64,000 nt of DNA from Armatimonadota bacterium. GTDB taxonomy: Bacteria; Armatimonadota; HRBIN16. This document shows, piece by piece, positions 30,416-42,243 of the stretch. The notes below the pieces were generated by a model that did no database searches, was not told where the DNA came from, and was given only the letters and a program-made list of their open reading frames with translations. The position numbers were made by a program, and so were the translations under genes. Each line of letters begins with the position of its first letter. The stretch's first letter is position 1. The stretch is from the NCBI GenBank assembly GCA_963677485.1, contig OY781964.1, forward strand, positions 3,040,001-3,104,000, given 5' to 3'.

Positions 30416-32539
30416 ATGAAAATCAATGCTGTCATCATATCTGGCTTAACGTTGCTGTGCCTGACGGTATCGGCTTCTGTACTGGCTCAAAGTGGCACGA
30501 TCGAAACCTGGGGTGTACAACGCATGACCCCTGGCGATCTTAACGGGTTTGCATCAATCGCAGCCGGGGGGAAACACCTCATCGGGCTGAAACGAGACGG
30601 CTCTGTTTGCGGGTGGGGTTCAAATGCGTTCAACCAAAGCAGTGTCGCCGGGCCTGGCCACGACACGGTCGCCATAGCAGCAGGCCTTGAACACACGCTG
30701 GCACTGCAACGCGATGGCTCCGTGGCAAGTTGGGGACATAATGATGTCGGACAGTGCAACATACCCGCACCCAACCAGGATTTCATCGGCATCTCAGCAG
30801 GAGCTCGTCACTCTGTCGGTTTGAAGAGTGACGGCACTGTTGTTGTATGGGGTGACAACCTGTTGGAGCAGCAAATCGTACCAGAACCCAACCAAGACTT
30901 CACTGCAGTCGCAGCGGGGTATAACTTCACATTGGGACTAAAAAGAAACGGCTCAATAGTCGGTTGGGGCGCAAACGGTAGCAGGCAGTGTTTTGTGCCT
31001 GAACCCAACCAGGATTTCACATCCATCGCTGCAGGATCAACAATGTCCATAGGGTTGAAAAGTAATGGTACGGTGGTCTGCTGGGGGATCAATGATTTCG
31101 GTCAACTCGCATTGCCGGAGATCAATCAAGACTTCACCCGTGTTGCGATGGGATACAGCCATTTCGTCGGACTCAAAAGCGATGGGTCGATCTATTGTTG
31201 GGGGAACAATGCCAACGGCCAGTGTGATGTGCCCAGCCCAAATAGTGACTTTGTGGCCATCACGGCGGGCGCCCTTTATACCGCGGGGTTAAAGCGTGAT
31301 GGTTCTGTTGTGGTGTGGGGTGATACAAGCAATGGTGAAGCCAATCTGCCCGGGCCTAACTCGAATTTCAGTGCCGTCGCTGCAGGATACGCCCATAACA
31401 TAGGCTTGAAAACTGATGGTTCGGTCTTTTGTTGGGGTAAGGACGAATATGGCCAATGCACACTACCTGCTGACAACACGGATTTCGTGAGTATAGCAGC
31501 CGGTAAATACCACTCCGTCGGGCTCAAACGCGGGGGCTCTGTCGTTTGCTGGGGATATGATGATGACGGCGAATGCACCGTTCCAGCGCCTAACCAGGAC
31601 TTTACCGCCGTCGCCGCAGGCTATTTCCACACTGTCGGACTTAAGAATACGGGCGCTGTGGTTTGTTGGGGACTCGATTCAAGCGGCCAATGCACGGTTC
31701 CTGCTCCCAACCAGGATTTCACCGCGGTTGCCACGGGTTATGCTTTCTCCGCAGGGTTAAAAAGCGACGGATCCATCGTTTGCTGGGGGAGTAACTCTGT
31801 CGGCCAATGCACAGTTCCCGCACCTAACCAGAATTTCACTGCCGTTACTGCTGGGAATTCACACACAATTGGGCTGAAGAGCGATGGCTCAGTGGTGTGT
31901 TGGGGCAGTAATACGAACGGCCAGTGCACCGTGCCAGAACCTAACCAGGATTTCGTAGCTATTTCCGCAGGACCTGCCCATTCGGTCGGTCTGAAACGCG
32001 ACGGCTCGATTGTAGGTTGGGGTAGAAATATAAACGGGCAATGCGACGCACCGATCCCAAACAGCGGCTTTGTGACAGTTGCAGCAGGTATCAACACCAC
32101 CACCGCCATCCGCGGCACGCGGAACATCAGCGGGCAGGTGCAACTGGGCGGCTTCCTGGCGCCGCTGCCTTCGCAGCGGCTGACCGCCTGGATCGCCAGC
32201 GCGTCAGACCCCACGGCCACGCAGTGCCTCAGCCTGCTGCCGGATACCAGCGGCAACTACACGCTTTCCAGTTACCTGCAGCCTCCGTATGACATCCGGG
32301 TCAGCAGCCCGCACTTCCTGACAGCCAAAGCAGCCGGTCTGGCCGCAGGTCAGAACGCGAACGTCGCGCTGACCAACGGCGATGCCGATGGCGACAACCA
32401 GGTCAATCTGTTCGATTTAGTCGTGCTAGACTCCAAGTTTGGTTCTGCCGATTCGATGGCGGACCTGGACGGCGACGGTCAAGTGAACCTGTTCGACTAT
32501 GTGATTATCGACCGGCACTTCGGTGCCCAAGGGGAGTAA
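30416..32539 (+). CDS. Secreted RCC1-like propeller protein 5: 14 blades plus tail
   Basis: ATG at 30416; signal peptide ending VLA-Q. Confidence 0.88.
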   Translation: MKINAVIISGLTLLCLTVSASVLAQSGTIETWGVQRMTPGDLNGFASIAAGGKHLIGLKRDGSVCGWGSNAFNQSSVAGPGHDTVAIAAGLEHTLALQRDGSVASWGHNDVGQCNIPAPNQDFIGISAGARHSVGLKSDGTVVVWGDNLLEQQIVPEPNQDFTAVAAGYNFTLGLKRNGSIVGWGANGSRQCFVPEPNQDFTSIAAGSTMSIGLKSNGTVVCWGINDFGQLALPEINQDFTRVAMGYSHFVGLKSDGSIYCWGNNANGQCDVPSPNSDFVAITAGALYTAGLKRDGSVVVWGDTSNGEANLPGPNSNFSAVAAGYAHNIGLKTDGSVFCWGKDEYGQCTLPADNTDFVSIAAGKYHSVGLKRGGSVVCWGYDDDGECTVPAPNQDFTAVAAGYFHTVGLKNTGAVVCWGLDSSGQCTVPAPNQDFTAVATGYAFSAGLKSDGSIVCWGSNSVGQCTVPAPNQNFTAVTAGNSHTIGLKSDGSVVCWGSNTNGQCTVPEPNQDFVAISAGPAHSVGLKRDGSIVGWGRNINGQCDAPIPNSGFVTVAAGINTTTAIRGTRNISGQVQLGGFLAPLPSQRLTAWIASASDPTATQCLSLLPDTSGNYTLSSYLQPPYDIRVSSPHFLTAKAAGLAAGQNANVALTNGDADGDNQVNLFDLVVLDSKFGSADSMADLDGDGQVNLFDYVIIDRHFGAQGE

Positions 32540-32591
32540 GGCTCAAGACGACATGCCCATGATCGTCGTCTGGCTATAAAGGAGCATATCA

Positions 32592-34745
32592 ATGATATCC
32601 TCGCGAACCAAACACTTAAGCACCCTCTGGGGTTGCCTGCTGTGGCTTGTGACACTGTCGTGCAGTCTGCCCCTCTTTGCGCAGTCTGGCACCGTGGAGG
32701 CTTGGGGACGGAGCCATATACTTCCAGGTGATCTTTCGGGCTTCTCTGCCGTGGCAGCGGGATATAGGCACTCTGCAGGTTTAAAACTTGACGGATCAGT
32801 TGCATGTTGGGGTGATAACAGTCAAGGCCAGTGCGAGCTACCAGCACCTAACCAAGATTTCATTGCGATATCGGCAGGTGGCCTACACTCGATGGGACTA
32901 AAAAAAGACGGTTCTATTCAATGCTGGGGCAGCAACACTAATGGGCAGTGTGACATACCTGCTCCCAATAGCGAATTTATCGCGGTTTCGGCTGGATATG
33001 ACCATTCGATAGCTCTGAAAAGTGATGGATCTGTGGTTTGTTGGGGTGACAACACTTTTGGTCAGTGCCAGGTTCCCGCTCCTAACACCGATTTCGTGGC
33101 TGTAGACACTGGTTATTACCACTCAATAGGGTTGCGGAGAGATGGATCGGTAGTCTGTTGGGGTAATAACGGGCAAGGACAATGTGAGGTGCCTGTAGCG
33201 AATAGTGGCTTTATCGCTGTTTCGGCAGGGTATTTCCATACCATTGGATTGAAGTCTAATGGGTCGATTGTTTGCTGGGGCATGAATCAAGCAAATCAAT
33301 GCACGGTACCCGATCCCAATACGGACTTTGTCAGTGTGGAAGCAGGTGCCGTTCATTCAGTCGCTATCAAACGCGATGGCTCCTTCGTCAGTTGGGGCTG
33401 GAACGAATATGGCCAGTGTGACACACCTGCACCTAACCAGCAATTCGTGTCCGTTTCGGCTAATCACGGGCAAACCATAGGGTTAAAGCGTAACGGACAA
33501 GTGGTCTGCTGGGGTAGCAACGACTATGCCGCATGCAATATCCCTGGTATCAATGCCGAATTCACGGCCGTCTCCACGGGTGATGAACATGCCATGGGAT
33601 TGAGGAGTGATGGATCGGTCGTGTGCTGGGGCAATAATGACAGTAACCAATGCAGCGTTCCTACACCAAACCAGAATTTCACGGCAGTGAAGGCGGGAAG
33701 CCATCACTCAGTCGGGTTGAAGACCAGCGGTTCAGTCGTGTGTTGGGGAGCAAATGACACGCACCAATGTGATGTTCCGACACCAAACGAGGGCTATGTC
33801 GCCATATCAGCAGGATATGCGCATACTGCTGGTGTGAAAAGCGATGGCTCTATTGTGTGTTGGGGTGACAATGCATCGGGCCAATGCAGCGTGCCTGAAC
33901 CAAATAGTGACTTTGATGCCGTAGCCGCTGGTGGCTCATCTGCTGGTGCTCACACAGTCGGCCTAAAGCGTAATGGAACCATCGTGTGTTGGGGAATTAA
34001 CAGTTCAGGCCAATGCAACGTTCCTGAGCCGAATGCGGATTTTGTCGCGGTGGCAGCAGGGGCTTGGCACTCAGCAGGATTGAAAAGCGACGGCAAGATT
34101 GTCTGTTGGGGGTCAAACGTATATGGTCAATGCGACGTACCTATTCCGAACACCGGTTTTGTCGCCGTTCAAGCCGGGAATTTCCATACGATCGGTTTAA
34201 AACGCGATGGTTCGATGGTCTGTTGGGGTGACAACACAGCTAAGCAGTGCGTCATATCAAGTCCGAACCTTGGGTTCATCGCTATCGGTGCCGGACACTA
34301 TTCGTCTATCGCTATCCGCGGAACGCGGAACATCAGCGGTCAGGTGCAACTGGGCGGCTTCCTGGCACCGCTGCCTTCACAGCGGCTGACCGCCTGGATC
34401 GCCAGCGTATCAGACCCCACGGCTACGCAGTGCCTCAGCCTGCTGCCGGATGCCAGCGGCAGCTATACGCTTTCCAGTTACCTGCAGCCTCCGTATGACA
34501 TCCGGGTCAGCAGCCCGCACTTCCTGATGGCCAAAGCGGCCGGTGTGGCCGCAGGCCAGAACGCGAACTTCGCGCTGACCAATGGCGATGCGGATGGCGA
34601 CAACCAGGTAAACCTGTTCGACTTCGTAGTGCTGGATTCCAAGTTTGGTTCTGCTGATCCCATGGCGGACCTCGACGGCAGCGGTCAGGTGAACTTGTTC
34701 GACTATGTGATCATCGACCAGCACTTCGGTGCCCAGGGGGAGTAA
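32592..34745 (+). CDS. Secreted RCC1-like propeller protein 6: 14 blades plus tail
   Basis: AAGGAG RBS; signal peptide resembles that of protein 2 (CLLWLV.LSC.LPL.AQSGT). Confidence 0.88.
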   Translation: MISSRTKHLSTLWGCLLWLVTLSCSLPLFAQSGTVEAWGRSHILPGDLSGFSAVAAGYRHSAGLKLDGSVACWGDNSQGQCELPAPNQDFIAISAGGLHSMGLKKDGSIQCWGSNTNGQCDIPAPNSEFIAVSAGYDHSIALKSDGSVVCWGDNTFGQCQVPAPNTDFVAVDTGYYHSIGLRRDGSVVCWGNNGQGQCEVPVANSGFIAVSAGYFHTIGLKSNGSIVCWGMNQANQCTVPDPNTDFVSVEAGAVHSVAIKRDGSFVSWGWNEYGQCDTPAPNQQFVSVSANHGQTIGLKRNGQVVCWGSNDYAACNIPGINAEFTAVSTGDEHAMGLRSDGSVVCWGNNDSNQCSVPTPNQNFTAVKAGSHHSVGLKTSGSVVCWGANDTHQCDVPTPNEGYVAISAGYAHTAGVKSDGSIVCWGDNASGQCSVPEPNSDFDAVAAGGSSAGAHTVGLKRNGTIVCWGINSSGQCNVPEPNADFVAVAAGAWHSAGLKSDGKIVCWGSNVYGQCDVPIPNTGFVAVQAGNFHTIGLKRDGSMVCWGDNTAKQCVISSPNLGFIAIGAGHYSSIAIRGTRNISGQVQLGGFLAPLPSQRLTAWIASVSDPTATQCLSLLPDASGSYTLSSYLQPPYDIRVSSPHFLMAKAAGVAAGQNANFALTNGDADGDNQVNLFDFVVLDSKFGSADPMADLDGSGQVNLFDYVIIDQHFGAQGE

Positions 34746-34822
34746 ACTTCATCGGGTGGTGGGAGATCGGCTCACCGCCCGCCACCTGCTACACGGCTAT
34801 ATAAAGGGAATGGTCAGCATAC

Positions 34823-35341
34823 ATGAAAACCAAAAAGCAAGAAGAATTGGTGACGACATATCTTTCTCAGTTGGGTTATGATATCAGCCCGCTATACCAC
34901 GACATCATCATGTATCTGTCGGAACTAGGATATAATCCCAAAAAAGAGAAGTCATATATTTCCTTCAAACACGACCTGCATAATAAACAGATCGCAAAAA
35001 TGTGTACCAAAATAAGCAAGAATGCCGATATAACCCCGGTTTTCTCGTTGAGATTTTCAGCTTGCCGTGGATACTCCCAAAGGTTCACCGACATTGTGAG
35101 TGCGGCCATTATCAAGTATCCGAGTAAAGTCCCCCTTTGTTTGGACAACGGCTGTCATTATTGTGCAGGCGAACCCTCTACGCACGTATACACCTGCACA
35201 TTTCCAGACGGAGAGAGTAAGTTTCATTGCGGCGCATATGCACTCGAGATTCCGGGTATTACTGCGGGTGATATCTGTGAAATCAAGCAGCTCATCAAGG
35301 ATGAGCACGAATACTTGATGGCACATGAAGTGAGGCAATAG
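34823..35341 (+). CDS. Hypothetical cytoplasmic Cys-rich protein, AT-rich
   Basis: 172-aa ORF with an AAGGGA upstream; C...GC.YC...C...HCG cluster; no signal peptide. Confidence 0.7.
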   Translation: MKTKKQEELVTTYLSQLGYDISPLYHDIIMYLSELGYNPKKEKSYISFKHDLHNKQIAKMCTKISKNADITPVFSLRFSACRGYSQRFTDIVSAAIIKYPSKVPLCLDNGCHYCAGEPSTHVYTCTFPDGESKFHCGAYALEIPGITAGDICEIKQLIKDEHEYLMAHEVRQ

Positions 35342-35607
35342 GGCATCAGGTGACTATGGTAAGTATTTATTCGGTAAAGATGCACTATCATCAGACATCC
35401 CTACGGGCACCCACGGAGTGGGTACTTTCTTATAGCCACGGGTAAGCGAAAGCGCAACCCGTGGTTAAGTGCTCCGAATTCCTACCCCGAAGTGGGTCGT
35501 ACCTATTCGTGCAAACCGTTCATCCAAGTGACTGAAGACGAAACCCGTCCGGGGTAAATGGTTTCTAGATCGCCTACCACGGGTTACGCTGATGCTTGTA
35601 AGTAACT

Positions 35608-35695
35608 GGTCGTAGGGGCGTCCCTTGTGGGCGCCCTAAAGTAAAACTATCGGATGACAACGATTAGGGCGCCCACAAGGGACGCCCCTACGACC
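35608..35695. repeat. GTAG-type REP doublet (REPIN) between convergent genes
   Basis: 32-bp perfect IR GGTCGTAGGGGCGTCCCTTGTGGGCGCCCTAA / TTAGGGCGCCCACAAGGGACGCCCCTACGACC. Confidence 0.85.
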
Positions 35696-35722
35696 GTATC
35701 AGTTACAGCGTAAGCCACCCCT

Positions 35723-36622
35723 TTATGCTCCGACATGGCAATCAGCATGAACCCAAATCCTTGCCGCGCTATGCAGCACTTGAACACTAATCGGGGTCTG
35801 GCCGCAGATATCACCATCAATCAGCACAGGAGAGGCACTGAGGGTCTCGATACTCACATGGGTGCCCTTCCAGGCACACACACTGGGATGCTCCAGATGC
35901 GTGCCCGCAAACACCCGAGGCAGGTTGCGCAGGAACTCAATTCGGCTGACACTTTTCACCAGCACCACATCCAGTAGGCCATCATCGACTCTGGCTTGCG
36001 GGGCCACCTTCATGCCTCCGCCGTAACACTGCGCATTCGCCACTGCCACTAACAAGGCGTCGCCTTCCCATATCTGCCCGTCTATATTCAGCTTCAACGA
36101 AGTAGGCTTGAGGTGGACCACCTCTTGAAACACTGCGGTCAAGTAGGCGAAAGCCCCTCCGGTCAGGCGAAACCGCTTGTTGATGCGCTCTGCGACGACC
36201 GCATCAAATCCCAGACTGGTGATGTTGATAGACTGGCAGGCACCACCGTTCACGTCCAGCAGATCGATGTCGACCGCGTGACCATGTAACGCCAAATGAG
36301 CTGCCTCGGTGGGGTTGGTCGGTAAGCCGAGGGTTCTGCACAGGTCATTTCCGGTGCCCGCAGGGATGATCCCGGTGGGGATACCCGAACCCGCCAGGCC
36401 ACTGACCACCTGCGAGATGGTGCCATCGCCACCACACGCAAACACGATATCGGGTTGATCCGCCACCGCCTCGGCAGCCAGACGCTGGGCCTCTCCCGGG
36501 CAGGTGGTGAACAGGCTGCTCACCTGCCATCCTGCCGCAGAAAAGCATGCTTCAGCGAGATGCGCGGCGGCAAGCCCTCGATGACGCCCAGACACTGGGT
36601 TCGCGATGATGAGTACCTTCAA
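35723..36622 (-). CDS. Diacylglycerol/lipid kinase family (DagK/YegS-like)
   Basis: IANPVSG, GGDGT, IPAGTGND, YGGG, DDGLLD, IDGD; TTG start after GAGGGGAG. Confidence 0.9.
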   Translation of the reverse strand: MKVLIIANPVSGRHRGLAAAHLAEACFSAAGWQVSSLFTTCPGEAQRLAAEAVADQPDIVFACGGDGTISQVVSGLAGSGIPTGIIPAGTGNDLCRTLGLPTNPTEAAHLALHGHAVDIDLLDVNGGACQSINITSLGFDAVVAERINKRFRLTGGAFAYLTAVFQEVVHLKPTSLKLNIDGQIWEGDALLVAVANAQCYGGGMKVAPQARVDDGLLDVVLVKSVSRIEFLRNLPRVFAGTHLEHPSVCAWKGTHVSIETLSASPVLIDGDICGQTPISVQVLHSAARIWVHADCHVGA

Positions 36623-36720
36623 AAATGCTCCCCTCACGGCATTGATATCAACTAGTTCAGTTGCATTATAGCAACACACCACCCGGGCGCGGTTGCCTGA
36701 GGTGTCAGCTCGAGCGGTTA

Positions 36721-37450
36721 CTTGACCCTGAAAACATCAAGACCGGCGCGGTTAGGAGAAAACCGCCCCGGACTCAGGCAATTGTTAGTGTTCAAGAAAA
36801 TATTGCCTATGTCCGGGGCGGACTTCCAGTAGGCATGCTGCAACAGAAGGCTATAGACCGCGCCGGTCTGGCGGATAGCCTGAAACCGCTCGACCCTGAA
36901 AACATCAAGCCCGGTTCGGCTAGGAGAAAACCGCCCCGGACTCAGGCAATTGTTAGTGTTCAAGGAAATATTGCCTATGTCCGGGGCGGTCTTACAGTAG
37001 GCTTGCGGCAACAGAAGGCTATAGACCGCGCCGGTCTGGCGGATAGCCTGAAACCGCTCGACCCTGAAAACATCAAGCCCGGTTCGGCTAGGAGAAAACC
37101 GCCCCGGAATCAGGTAATTGTTAGTGTTCAAGAAAATATTGCCTATGTCCGGGCGGTCTTCCAGTAGGCATGCTGCAACAGAAGGCTATAGACCGCGCCG
37201 GTCTGGCGGATAGCCAGAAACCGCTTGACCCTAAAAACATCAAGACCGGCGCGGTTTGGATGAAACCGCCCCGGACTCAGGCAATTGTTAGTGTTCAAGA
37301 CGATCATTGCCTATGTCCGGGCGGTCTTACAGTAGGCTTGCGGCAACAGAAGGCTATAGACCGCGCCGGTCTGGCGGATAGCCTAAAACCGCTTGACCCA
37401 AAAACATCAAGACCGGCGCGGTTAGGAGAAAACCGCCCCGGACTGAGCCA
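36721..37450. repeat. Tandem array of about 4.3 x 168-bp units of the family A palindromic element
   Basis: GACCC(T/A)..AAACATCAAG recurs at 36724, 36892, 37060, 37227 and 37395; each unit has nested IRs. Confidence 0.9.
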
Positions 37451-37509
37451 AATAATAACAAAGATTGTTGCTCAGGCGCATTATGGGCCAATGTATGCCG
37501 TATGTACGC

Positions 37510-37541
37510 AGAAATGGGACGGTGTGACCCGTCCCATTTCT
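37510..37541 (-). terminator. Hairpin downstream of rpoC
   Basis: AGAAATGGGACGG-tgtgac-CCGTCCCATTTCT. Confidence 0.7.
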
Positions 37542-37587
37542 TTGCTGGCAGTGTTGCCTGCCGATGATTAGCTAACTAGAGAGCTGA

Positions 37588-42239
<4,652 letters not shown>

Positions 42240-42243
<4 letters not shown>

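Noticed and set aside
20001-34745. Diversity-generating retroelement acting on the propeller genes
   Set aside because: No reverse transcriptase in the window; tail differences are mostly synonymous and not adenine-specific; no template/variable repeat pair was seen.
20001-34825. Integron cassette array or shufflon
   Set aside because: No integrase or invertase, no attC-like sites between all genes, and all genes share one orientation.
36721-37450. CRISPR array
   Set aside because: Whole 168-bp units repeat with no unique spacers, and no cas genes are in the window.
36661-37571. ORFs with 56-aa repeats (36661-37167, 37170-37571, 36718-37131)
   Set aside because: By-products of a 168-bp period divisible by three; a 1-bp deletion breaks the frame and the DNA is palindromic.
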